A stretch of DNA of 64,000 nt from Chrysemys picta bellii (lineage: Eukaryota): the NCBI RefSeq assembly GCF_011386835.1, contig NC_088801.1:74214001-74278000 (forward strand), given 5' to 3'. How positions within the stretch are numbered: the first letter of the stretch is position 1; the number at the start of each line of letters is the position of its first letter. Below the pieces are notes generated by a model, which was given only the letters and a program-made list of their open reading frames with translations, made no database searches and was not told where the DNA came from. A program made the position numbers and the translations under genes. Below are positions 36,067 through 48,228 of this stretch, one piece after another.

Positions 36067-37014
36067 AATATTTTGGTAAACGTGTTCTGTTTTTGGTTTT
36101 CAAAACCAAAGTTTATTTTTACTGAAAACTGTTTTACCAAACTGAACATTCAGGGGTTTGGTTTTGATCATTTGACGTTTCCCTTGAAAAATAATTGGAA
36201 TTTTTCAATCACCTCTAATTGTAACCTAAAAGATGTTAAAAACTTACATTTTGTCGAGATTAGACCAAGTTATAAATCATGCATTTTGAACATGAACACT
36301 ACAAATGTCAGTGGCATTGAGGCATGAGGTTTTGATTTGGAGCCCATTTCTATTATTTTGTAATGCATCTGATCAAGTTTTAATCACCTCAAAGTTTTAT
36401 AATCAATGTCCTCCAATAACTCAATAATGAAATGTTTAAATAAGACCTATTTTCTACATGTTTCAGTTAGTTATGGTTTAACAAACACTCTTCCTGCTTC
36501 TGATGCTTAGTTTAATCTATGCAAGACATGTTTTAACAGCATGAATGGTGTCTTTTCTATAGTGCACTGGGCATTTTACAAGGCAGCATAATAAAAGTCT
36601 TGTTCAGGCAGGAATTTCATTAACTTCAGTGTCCCTGTTATACTAAATGTCATTGCTATTGGTATGTAATAGTGAATGGAGTTTGTGGTCTGAATTTTTT
36701 TTTTTTAATCCAGATTTAAAAATCCTTGGACAGGCTATAAAAAGGATGCCAAGCAATGAAAACCTTACTGTTTTTTATTATTTCCTATTGTACCCAGCTC
36801 TTCTATATGTCAGGATTCCCTAAGGACTGTAAACGGTGCTGCATCAGCAAATGAATCCTTCACTGCAACTATTAAGACTAACTCTTTTCCTGCAAAAACA
36901 GGAGTGTTTGCAAACGGGGTAAAACATGAGGTCTTCATGGAGAGACGACTCCCAGCTGGAGACTCACTGTGGGCAATCCCTGCGACAACAGTGACGAGAC
37001 ACTGCTCTTATGCA

Positions 37015-37205
37015 GCACTTTTCATCCACAGATCTCAAAGTGCTTTACAAAGGAGACCAATATCATTACCGCCATTCTACAGATGGGGAAACTGAGGCAC
37101 GGGGTGGGGAAGTGACTTGCCCAAGGTGACATAGCGAACCAATGCCAGTAATAAAACTCGGGTCTCTTGAGGATTGGTCCAACTCCCTAGCAGTTAGCCC
37201 ACATT
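37015..37205 (-). mobile_element. MIR/CORE-like SINE
   Basis: agatctcaaagtgctttacaaagg...cagatggggaaactgaggcac...aagtgacttgcccaaggtgac. Confidence 0.7.
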
Positions 37206-39568
37206 GCTACTATCAGGTTACCCTGGGGAGTGTGGTTACTTGGGACTATATCGGTAAGGGCTGAGCTTCCCAGACAGACTCTGGGGCAAGGCGCAGTGGA
37301 GTTCTTATTATGCAGTCAGTCAGTCGGAAGGAGACCTAGAATACAGCAGAGCTCTTGCAAGCACCTTAAACGCTGAGTGATCACTGAGCACCACATGGGT
37401 ACCAGGAGTAAAAAAAAAAAACACTAGCAAAAGGTCAGAGTGGAAGAACGGAGCAGCTAAAAGCCCAACAAAGCCAAAACCCTCTGGAAACGTAGAAAGC
37501 AACCGGAGTATGTTAAAACAGCACTTCGCTCTGAGCACCACGGAGAAGAGGCAGGGATGGGCCAGAGAGTGGTATTCACTAAATCGATCAACAGTAAATA
37601 AAACATGTTATTCAGGAAACCCCTAAGTTACTCCACTGGAAAAAGTATCTGAGCAATGGAGATTCCTTCATGGTCAGGCCATACTAAAACATGTGACTTT
37701 AGTTTATGGGCCTTAGCTCCACCTTAGAACAGCCCTCTGTGGCTCAGTACATGGAGGGTCTGCAAAGCATGAACGCACAGGTTTGGGAAGAGCTAGAAGT
37801 TGGGGGGCTCTACTTGGCCCCCATGACTTACCCCCTTCCTGGGGTTTTCCAGGTATATTGTGTGCGCGCATTTGGCCCATGATTTGTAAATTCACCCAAT
37901 GTCTGATAACCTTTGCATTAACTAGGCAAAAGCGCAAAGGGTCACAGAAAGTTCATGGCACAAATACCTGGAGCTGAAGGCTGCCACCTTTGTGTATTTT
38001 CTGTGTGGGATGGAGCAGCCCTGTCAGTCTTCGGGTATGTCTACACTGCAATTAGACACCTGCAGCTGGGCTGTGCCAGATGGGGCTTAATTTGTGCCAG
38101 GGCTGAGCCGCGTCACTTCTAGACTTGGCAGTACATAGCCCTGGCGCCTCTGGGGTGGATGCATCAGTTATGAATGTAAAAAAAAAATGCTTGAGCCCTG
38201 GCACGTTTCATTACAAATTAAGCACTAGTGCCAGGCTCGTGGGATCGGGCTAAGGAGCTGTTCAACTGCTGTGTAGCTGTTCGGGCTCAGGTTGGAGCCT
38301 GGGTTATAGGACACTGCAAAGTGGGAGGGGCACAGAGCTCAGGCTGAATGTCTACACTGCAGTTAAACATCCCCGCGAGCGTCAGCTGGTGCAGGCCAGC
38401 CCTGGGTGTCTGACTGCAGCGTTGACATGCCCTTAGAGCCATCTGACACCATGGCGTTGGCATCTTCACTCTGCAATGTTTTGTCAACAAGAGCCTGATC
38501 TAAAACCCATTGAAGCCAATTATTTATTATTCATCTGCATAGCGGTAGTGTCCAGAGGCTACAGTCAGGGATCCCCTTGTACTAGGTACTGGACGTACAT
38601 AGAATGAAGAGACAGTCCTTGCCCCAAAGAGTTTAACAGTTAAGGGTAAAATGAGTCACTGGACGTTTTTCCAATGACTTCAGTAGGCTTTGGAGCAGCT
38701 TGAGTGAATGCACTGTGTGTTTAACCATAGCCTGTTCTGAGGCCCTTCTCAAATGATTTAAAGATACGCTGTCAACATTTTGCAGAGCTCCAGGTTGCAT
38801 CGCTTGCATTTCTCTTTCCGTCCCAAACCAGAAAATCAGCCCAGAAAACTTGGCCTGAAGTCAAAAGTTTTGTGGGGGAAAAAATTAAAAAAACCTTGCT
38901 CTGGTTCTGAATTTCTGACTACCCGCTTCAGCAGCAGGCTTGGTGTTGGATGGCATCGCAACCATTTTGTGCAGCTCTAAAAAGAGTTCCAATGGATCCT
39001 TCCCTGTGCCTGGTGTGAATTCAGAGGTGGGTTAGGTACATAACTGCAGATTGTAGAATAATGCATTTGTGTGATACACAAAACATAAGGTTTTAATCCT
39101 TAGCTGTGCCAAGTAAGTGCTGAATGTTGCTGAGAGGGGAGCCATGTGGTGCTTTCTGGTCTTGGAGCCAGTTCTACATTGGCCTAGATCTCAGGGTAGG
39201 TTTATAGGAACCCTGAGGCAGCTCTAAACTATACTGGTTGGCTGTGACCCCAAGGAGCCAGTCCACGATCTGGAGATCACCTGAATGCAGTGATAACCTG
39301 GTCACACACCCCTTCATCCCAGCTATGCCCCCAACGTGCGGAGGGCCACGAGGGGATGGTGTAAGACACAACTATGCCAGTTGCCCACCAGCCAAGGGAT
39401 TTCCCCCAGCTCAGGGTATCCTAGGTGGCCCATTCCATCATCTTTCTACCACCAGAGTAGTGCAAAAAGGCCAGAATGATGCCCAAGATCTGGCTTATAG
39501 TAAAAACCCACGAGGATCACTGCATGTGTGTACCAACTGCTTTCTAAACCTCGCTATCGTAGCAAGTA

Positions 39569-40173
39569 CAGTAGAACCTCAGAGTTATGAACTGACCAGT
39601 CAACCACACACCTCATTTGGAACCGGAGGTATGCAATCAGGAAGTAGCAGAGACAAAAAAAGCAAATACAGGACAGTACCGTGTTAAACAAACTACTAAA
39701 AAAAGGGGGAAAGCAGCATTTTTCTTCTGCGTAGTAAAGTTTCAAAGCTGTATTAAGTCAATGTTCAGTTGTAAACTTTTGAAAGAACAGCCAGTGTTTT
39801 GTTCGGAGTTACGAACAACCTCCATTCCTGACGTGTTTGTAACTCGGAGGTTCCGGGGTAGTCAATCTATGGCACGCGTGCCAAAGGCGGCGCACGAGGG
39901 GATTTTCAGTGGCACTCACACCGTCCGGGTCCTGGCCACCAGTCTGGGGGGCTCTGCATTTTAATTTCATTTTAAATGAACATTTTCATCTTAAACATTT
40001 TCAAAACCTTATTTACTTTACATACAATAGTTTCGTTATACATTATAGACTTATAGAAAGAGACCTTCTAAAAACGTTAAAATATATTACTGGCACGTGA
40101 AACTTTAAATTAGAGTGAATAAATGAAGACTTGGCACACCACTTCTGAAAGGTTGCTGACCCCTGCTCTACTG
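39569..40173. mobile_element. Tigger-like (Tc1/mariner-pogo) MITE
   Basis: TA|CAGTAGAACCTCAGAGTTATGAAC ... GTAACTCGGAGGTT[insert]CTCTACTG|TA. TA TSD. Confidence 0.8.
39853..40165. mobile_element. hAT-like MITE inserted in the right TIR of the Tigger-like element
   Basis: CCGGGGTAGTCAATC / GGTTGCTGACCCCTG termini. No clean TSD. Confidence 0.75.
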
Positions 40174-41560
40174 TATACCTAAGGGAGCCCGATTTTCATT
40201 GAAGGTCGATGGGAGGTAGGTGCCTACGTTCCTCAGCTACCTTTAAAAGTAGAAGCTTATATCTATTTTATAAATACAAAGAGACCTAGTTCAAATCAGA
40301 GACTAACAGCTTGTAAATCCTCCTTCATAAAACAATGCTGTGCTAAGGAACACACAAAAACATATTAATTCTAGCAGACATGCCTTTGTTTGTGCACTTA
40401 ACATAAAAAGCCCCAACTTTCTCCCAGATTCCTCCCTCCTCTGCCAAGTTCCATCCAAGGTGAACTTTTACGGAAAAAATAAATAAATCTACAAATAGGA
40501 AGTTATAATAGCAATGTTGTCAAAGCCTTAACTATAGCACGACTGTGTCAAATGTGCCAGTCTCTTTATAGGTCCCTGAGCCCTGGTTAGTACATTTTGG
40601 ACTCCACGCTGTACTAAGCTCCATTATAATTACCGTCCTTACATGCTTCTGAGCATGTCTGTTTATGGGAGTAGCTCAGTTACTGTAAATAAATAGCTGT
40701 GAAAGGAATAAGTTGTTACAGGAATAAATAGTTACATGGACTAAATAAGACACTTAAGTCATTTTAAATGACCAGCTGACAAAACATACAAAGGCTCTAC
40801 ACAACCCAAATGTGTGTGTCTGACGTCAGCGCCGTAAAGGACCCATGAGACTCCTGATCAAGTAGCCACTGAGGCTTGTACCTATATCTTTACTGACTTC
40901 AAATATCATCTCTGTGCGCAATGGTATATGTACAGTTGCTGTGAATTTTTTTCAGGTTTAAATCTCAGCCACAATTGTCTGTTCACATGGGGGCACATTT
41001 TCAGCTGTTGCAAACGGACGTTGCTCCAGGGACTCAAACCTGCTTTTACGTCCTCAGTTTTGTAATATAATAATGTGCACATTAAAAAAAAGGCAATTTA
41101 CAGAAGTAAATCAGGTTGCGAGGTCTCTCATTTGTGTGCCTGGATTGGGGTTTTTCCCCCAAGTCAGTTTAGAGATCACATTGGAACCTTTGGCCCCTAT
41201 GGTCATAGCTAGCGGACACGAGACAGGTACTGCTCCCCGGGCACAGCCCTTCCAAATATCCAGCCACAGAAGAAAGCAGGACACAACCAAGACACACTTG
41301 CCAAACTCCAGGCTGGGCTAGATCCTGCAGCCACTGAAGTCATTAGATGTTACCTGGGCATTAGGAGAGCAGGATAAAGACAACTGAGAGACTGCCCCAT
41401 CTAAGGGTCAATGTCATCACTGACTGTGGCTGTTTTACTGCTGTCTTCTGTGGTAGACATGAAGCAAGACAGGAGGGGGATAGAGACAATCTGAATGAAG
41501 GGGACTTTTGCTAGTGAGTCAAATTCAAAGAAAGTGAGGGGATCATTTTTAATCCGTTAA

Positions 41561-41900
41561 TGTAACATGTTGGCACCCACCTCTCTCAAGTGCCCCCTGG
41601 CCAGGTCCATGTGCCTGCACTCTCTTACTCTGCAGGGACCCTTGTCGGTGATTTCTCAAGCAGGTTTCAATGACACAGCCCTCTGGCCGAGTCACACACA
41701 CAGACCCCTTCCGGGGTGTACAGTCCAACTGGGGCCTAGCCCAATACTCCCATTAATATCTCTGTAGCCCTCCCTGGGCTCAGTCTTTAAAGAGTATGGG
41801 GCTGTGCCCCCAAGGCTTCCTCCCTGGAGACTCTTCACCCTCTCTGGACCTTTCTTGAGCTGAGCCACTTAACAGTTCCCAACAGTTCCCCAACTTCTCT
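41561..41900. mobile_element. LTR-like fragment
   Basis: Starts TGTAACA with composition like the other LTRs. Distal end and TSD not found. Confidence 0.4.
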
Positions 41901-42189
41901 GTATTGATTAAAGTATTTTATTTCATTTAGGTTTATAGTACAGCCTGTGATAAAAGCCCTTCTCCCCAAATGGCCACAATGAGGTCATATTACCAATTCA
42001 AAATTGATGGCATCCAATCAAAGGCTGAAATGGCATCTGACCCTATGAAATCTTATCTGTATTTCCAAAGTCCTTTAGGCATTTCTTTCTATCAGGCTGG
42101 TTGAAAAATTATTAAAAAGTTCAGAGCTCTCCTTGGTAAAAATAAATTGATATGGACGGCGGCATCTTTTCAATGGATAAGCAAAGGGT

Positions 42190-42360
42190 TAGAAATGAGG
42201 CATCCCTGCAGTTTAATCCATCTCTGCCTCGACTCACTATCTGACCGTGGGCAAGTCACTTTACTTTTCTGTGCCTCAGTTTACCCATCTGTAAAATGGG
42301 AATAATAAAGTAGGCTGTCTGGACAGCACTTGGAACACATAAGATGCTATATAAATGTGA
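42190..42360 (+). mobile_element. MIR/CORE-like SINE
   Basis: gggcaagtcacttt..tctgtgcctcagtttacccatctgtaaaatgggaataata. Confidence 0.7.
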
Positions 42361-42936
42361 AGTGTTATGATCCATATTGATCATTTTGCCTTTAAAAAAA
42401 ACTATAGGAGAGTTTATTTATTGTTAGGTATATCAATTTTGCCACTCCTGACAAAGTCATAGACTCCAGAAAAAGCCACCTGGCCCAAAATATGTGCATG
42501 GTTTGGTGATAATCTCAGTCCCACCTTCCAGGATTTACACTATTTTAAAAAATATGTTTATCCAGAAACAAATAGAACTGTCTTTAACCCTTTTTGCCTC
42601 ATCCGCCATCTCTGGTTTCTTGTTCTAAATATTAATTCTAATGGCGCTGTCTACATTTTGTATTTAGACCTATGGGTTTTTTAAAATAATATTTCCCGCC
42701 TTCATCAGCATGAGCAATAATACTACCTCTCTCTTATAATTAGATCTATAGGACTGTTAGACTGCCGGTGGCCAAGTTATCTGGATTGGTTCCCTCCCAC
42801 TCATGGATGGTTCCAGACAAGAAATAATAAGTTTATTAAGCAGATGATTGCTAACAGAACAGTGATAGTCCAGTGAGGAGATAGTTCAAGCCCCCACACA
42901 CACACACACACCCTGCACACGCCATCGCCCACGCCC

Positions 42937-44020
42937 ACAGTTGACCTGCCATCCACCTCAGCAACTACGTTCATGAATGCTGATGACGTTTGCCAGCCAA
43001 TAGCCAGAAGAAGCTTTGAGGAGCTGGAGTCCTCCCCATCATCTGACCTTGACACCTTGGGCAAGTACTTTCTGAAGTAGTGACTTAAACTAACCAGACT
43101 AAAAACAGTATCATCTTGTTTCCATCTCACCACCTAGTTAGCCAATTGGTTGTGAACTGTACCCCCTTACGTGGGGAAGAAGCTTGACCGCTCTGTCTTT
43201 TTGACAACACATCGGGAAGACACTCGTTACAGTCCAGTTGAGTTGTAGCCTTTCCACAGGCTGGCCAGCGATTCATGGGGCGCTGGTGCTGCAGCTTTAT
43301 GGACATCTACCAATGCCTGCTGAATCCTGTGCGGGAGCACGGGGCTCCAGTTGTTGTGGGAAGTGGGACTTGGTGATCCACTCTGCCCTTCATATCGTCA
43401 CAGGTGCAACTCAGTCAACTCCAATCCATAACCTTCCTGTCCTGGCTGACCTTGCTTCCCGGGCGATTAGACATGAAGGCAGTGCCCTGGCCTCATTACG
43501 ACATGCAGCCACCTATCATGATGGCTTACTTCACAATTTCATCTCAAAGCCATGTGGAAAATGCTGGCTCAAGTCAAGATGCTCCTTCTCTGACATAGTG
43601 GATCCTCTCAGACATGGCCTTTCTAAGGAACAGCAGCAGCAGGCAGTGCGGGACTATATTATTGACCAATGACGCATTTCTAGGTGGTTAGACAATTCAG
43701 ATCTGCATTGCCTGGCCTCTCCAAATCAGCTCTCATGCCCTTCAGAACAAACAAATGAACCAAAAAATTCTTCCCCATTACAACAGGATACATTGTGGTC
43801 ATGGGCAATTTAACTTACATCTTTACTGCTGTGGCTTCTTAAGCATCCCATCCTGTCCTTGTGGAGCTCACAGACAAGCAGCCTGCCATCTGATTATGGA
43901 CTGCCTTCTGTATTGTCTTGATGGTGGATGGACGAGCTTGACATCTCCAGATGATGTTACCATGATAGAGTGGCTATATCACTTACCTACCTCCTAATAC
44001 ATTGCTTGTGCCATCAGAAG
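42937..44020 (+). mobile_element. Vingi/ingi-like (I-group) LINE, 5'-truncated and degraded
   Basis: DLPSTSATTFMNADDVC (YADD region), SFEELE...DLDTLGKYF, KTVSSCFHL, ALHIVTGATQSTPIHNLPVLA, and C-terminal NRIHCGHGQFNLHLYCCGFLSIPSCPCG...HLIMDC (CCHC knuckle). Confidence 0.8.
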
Positions 44021-44034
44021 CCACATGCCAGAAG

Positions 44035-44205
44035 ATCTGTAGATCTCAAAGGATTTTACAAAGGAGGTCAGTATCATTTTACAGATGGGGAAACTGAGGC
44101 ACAGATTGCTGACAAGACTTGCCAAAGGTCACCCAGCAGACCAATGACAGAGCTGGGACTAGAATCCAGGTTTCATATATCAGTTCTCTAGTCACTAGGC
44201 CACAC
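44035..44205 (-). mobile_element. MIR/CORE-like SINE
   Basis: cattttacagatggggaaactgaggcacag..gacttgccaaaggtcacccagc..gagctgggactagaatccagg. Confidence 0.72.
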
Positions 44206-44312
44206 TGCCACCCACAGAACAGCAATAAAATCTATGTTCTTACTCCCCTTCTGAGTTACACAAACCATAACTTCAGTTACTGTCGCTTTAGAGTTGTCTC
44301 TTTTTTGGTGGT

Positions 44313-44560
44313 GGCTGCTCTACACTTCAAAATGTTTTGCCAGCAAACTGTGTCAGTCAGGAATGTGAAAAAAAATCACCTCCCTAACTTATATAGCTGG
44401 GCCGGCAAAAGTCCTAGCGTAGGCACAGTTATACTGGCAATATAACTTATTGTTCTCAGGGAACTCTTGCTGGTATAAGCTACATCTACTAGGAGGGCTT
44501 GTCAGTATAGCTACACTGGTTTAGCTATATCAGCAAATTCTTTCTAGTGTAGACAAGGCC
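44313..44560. mobile_element. Harbinger-like MITE (old)
   Basis: GGCTGCTCTACACT ... AGTGTAGACAAGGCC termini. Confidence 0.6.
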
Positions 44561-46605
44561 TTAGATTCCTGATACCTGCTATCATCATGCTCGTCCTTTG
44601 CTTCACCCTGTTCAAGGCAGTAATATCTTCTCAAGGGGTTACACTCTTGTGAGTAATTGTTTTGGCTACAGCAATGTGCCATACTAATATTGCATTATCT
44701 CAGGGAAACAATAATTAACTCAGCAAACAGCTGTCGCTGGAATAAAAGTTGGCACAGACTACTGGACTCTCAAGATACCATCCAAAGTTTATACAATCAA
44801 TACAAAATTTGAAGAGTTAGCTCAAGAGGATTTGGGCTCCTTGGCTTCCTTTGAGAATCCTCACCCTTTAACATGAAACATGTTTAATATGGCCCCAGTT
44901 CTACAAATACTTAAGCACAGGAATAGCTGCCTATGTGTTTACAGGAGTCAGACCTATTTTTGGGTGGCTCTTGTGCTGTGAGTTATTTAAGTGACCTGCT
45001 ATATCATATTACAGATTAGGTCATCTGTCCAAGCCTTGCCAATGCAGAACTGTTCCCTACTACATATGCACTATTGCTTTGTGCACTGTCATTTAAAATG
45101 ACTTTAAAATGGGACTTCAAATGGCCTAACTGGGAAACTATCCTGCAGTCTCGTAAACCTTATAGGGACGGTAGTTTGTCTACTATCCAGTCTATTTTTT
45201 CTTTTGCTCAGCTTCATCCATTCAATGGTCATACTTAAATGAAGAACTTGAAAATGCCTGGTCCTTTTAAGGTCAAACTTTAGAATCTTTTACATCAATT
45301 AAATTGAATAACATATTTGCAGATATTTAGCACACACTTGACCAGATTCTGTTCCCATATACACCAGTGTAAAGCTGGAATGAATAGACAGGTTTCAGTG
45401 GGAACTGTAGGTGCTCGGGACTTGTGGAAAAGCCAGGCCTTTGTCTAAATATGGAATTAGGCATTTAATTTTAGGCACCCAAATCTGGCATATTTACCTC
45501 TCTATCTCTGGTCTTTCTAAGAGGTCAATTATCTTGGTATTTAAACTCCATAATATAATATAGTCTGTGCTGGCTAATTGTCACAGTGGATTCGTTTAGC
45601 AGGCCTCCTCTCACCTCTGCAGGTCTTGACTCCAGACCCTGCATAGGTTACAAGAGACATGAACTCAGGTCTCAGCTGAGGCCCTCCAGCACTTCTCCTC
45701 AATGTCTTCAGACTCAACACTGATTTGACCAGCCCTACTCACTGGGGCTCTAAAGCGCAAGGCCACATCAGGTGACAAGTCTAGGAGTTAAGACTCACAA
45801 ATTTGAGGTGAAATAGTTTAAGCAGCCAAAGATACTTTCCGAGTGCGAGTCCCTGTACCATGTTCCTGACTTGAGCAGGAAGCTGTGTTGGACTTAATCT
45901 TCTCACGTCAATTATGACAATGTTTTTGAAATGCCAGATTTCAGTGGGAGTCGAGGGCATTCAGCACAATGCGGGATGGGATCCAATGATCTGAAGAATC
46001 TGCTCCACAGAATTTCACTTTACACAGAGTCAAGATCTTATCCAGCACCCTGAAAAGGAGCAGCTGGCTGGCTATTCCTCCCAGGAGAAATTAACCAAGA
46101 GTAAAAGAAGATTGTGTTGCAGTTAAGGAGTTCCCGTACAAGTCAATAGTCTTGTCAGTTAAGGGTCTACATCCACTGCTGGCATGGGAGACTAGCATGA
46201 GAATAAGGCAAAGTATATGCTAAAGGAATAAAAGGGACATTTCATTAAACTCTTGGAGGGTTTTAGCAAGAGTTAGGAGCAGTGTTCAGAGGCGAAACTG
46301 AGCTCTGTCTGGTATCTTTGTTCAGTAGGAGCTGAGCCCTGTGCTAAACGTCTGATCCAAAGCTCATTCATACCAATGGAAAGACTTCCACTGACTTCAG
46401 TGGGCTGTAGATCTAGCCCTTATTAATTTCTCACTGGTCCACGTAAAAGTTTAACAACAATACACAGATTCAAAGAATGAAGGAGGCAGTGAAGGGAAAC
46501 TCAATCTCACAGAAAGAGGATGGAGGGAGGAGAACAGATAACTTGGAGTGTCTGTGCTCCTTGCCCATGACCTTCTGGTGCATCCCCAGCTCCAAACATC
46601 ACTAA

Positions 46606-46840
46606 TACAACTGGTCAAAAGTTTTCCACTGAAACTTGTTTTTGATGGAAAACTGGATTGCCACCTAAATGAATGTTGCAGAAAGTGTCTGCTTTCCTTG
46701 AAAAAAAATTCAATTTTTTGTCAAAAAAAGCCCCAACCCTACCAACTTTTTCAATTTTTCAATGAAAAGTCAAAATTTTCCACCAAGTGTCAATGAAAAG
46801 GAACTGTTTTTGCTTTCACCTACATTTCCAACTAACTCTG
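46606..46840. mobile_element. Ancient AT-rich MITE (TAGAGCTGG family)
   Basis: TACAACTGGTCAAAA ... CCAACTAACTCTG termini. Flanks match at 5 of 8. Confidence 0.45.
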
Positions 46841-48138
46841 CTCACGACAGCATCATGGAAGTAGTGCCACTTTTCCAGCCTTGGGCCTTTTACAGACTCA
46901 TTTTAAACAAAGAGATTCACACCTAAACTCCTCTAAGGAGCGCCGTCCGCTGTCACAGGAGCAGACTATAACCAATCTATTATTGGGATTTCCTCACTTT
47001 TTTTTTTTCAATTAAAACAATAAATAAATAATAAACAGAAAATGTTGACCAAAAAACAATCTAATAGAAAGTTCTTTTTGACCAAAGAGTTTGACCCTGC
47101 TCCACGACAAACGAGAGGAAATGAGGGTTTGTGACTTGCTCGCGGTCAAGGTAAGGCAGGAAGAGAACCAAGCACTCCTACCATGTGCTCAGCAGTTCCT
47201 TACTGTAACTGAGGCCAGCAGATGCGTTATTCTTCTCTCACCAGAAGCGTGGGAGCTTCAGAGACCTTGCACATTTTTCTAGTTGTGGATGAAGTCTGAC
47301 GCTCAACAATGGTTTATTTCATACTGTAAGTGGGATCTGGGGCATTCCAGTGGGAAGCACATTATTGCAAACAAACTAATAAAAGAAATTGTACACAGTG
47401 GCTTGGAAAGCTTTTGCAGAGATGTACAGAGGACAGCCCTGAGGGGGGGAAAATGAACTGTACTTAAGGGAAATCATTTTAATTGTATTAACAATAATAA
47501 AACTCTGTATTGGCTTCCTGCGGGTTTGTTTATATTTACCATTATAAAAGTTCAGCGAGGTTATCAAATCTTCAGGTCGCATCAACCACTAGCTGTTCTA
47601 AATATTATGGGCTTGATTCTGCATTGCCCTGCACTTTCTGCAATCACTGACAGCTGGGCACAGAGAACATAAGACTCTAATATTGATAGAGTTTTGCATC
47701 TATTTTCCAGTGGTGAAATTGAGCAGGGCAATGGAGAATCAGGTCGTCTGTTGTTTTAACCCTGTTCTAAGAGTTGGGGATCCCAAGGGATATGGCAATT
47801 TCATGCTTTTGAAATCCTGTTTCTCAGTGGAAAATTGACCCAGAGCCAGCTGCCGTAAGGTGTTTCCTCAGGAACTTTGAATCCTTCCCCGTTGGCGGAG
47901 TCAATATTTCACTGAAGGGCAGTCTATGAAGTCCTGGTTGCCAGGGTCATGTCCTGATTATGATGGGAAGGGTGTGCATGGGACATCTTTATGTCCTAAC
48001 ACAGGAAGTGATCAAGAGATAGGAGGTGAAGGCTGAACAGTTATAACAAGTTTCAGAGTAGCAGCCGTGTTAGTCTGTATCCGCAAAAAGAAGAACAGGA
48101 GTACTTGTGGCACCTTAGAGACTAACAAATTTATTAGA

Positions 48139-48178
48139 GCATAAGCTTTCGTGGACTACAGCCCACTTCTTCAGATGC
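48139..48178 (-). ncRNA. Minimal hammerhead-ribozyme-like motif (canonical CTGAAGA core)
   Basis: Reverse complement reads GCAT-CTGAAGA-A-GTGGGC/tgta/GTCCAC-GAAA-GCT-T-ATGC. Confidence 0.62.
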
Positions 48179-48188
48179 ATATGCATAT

Positions 48189-48228
48189 GCATCCGAAGAA
48201 GTGGGCTGTAGTCCACGAAAGCTTATGC
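48189..48228 (+). ncRNA. Minimal hammerhead-ribozyme-like motif (variant CCGAAGA core)
   Basis: Identical to 249-288. Confidence 0.58.
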
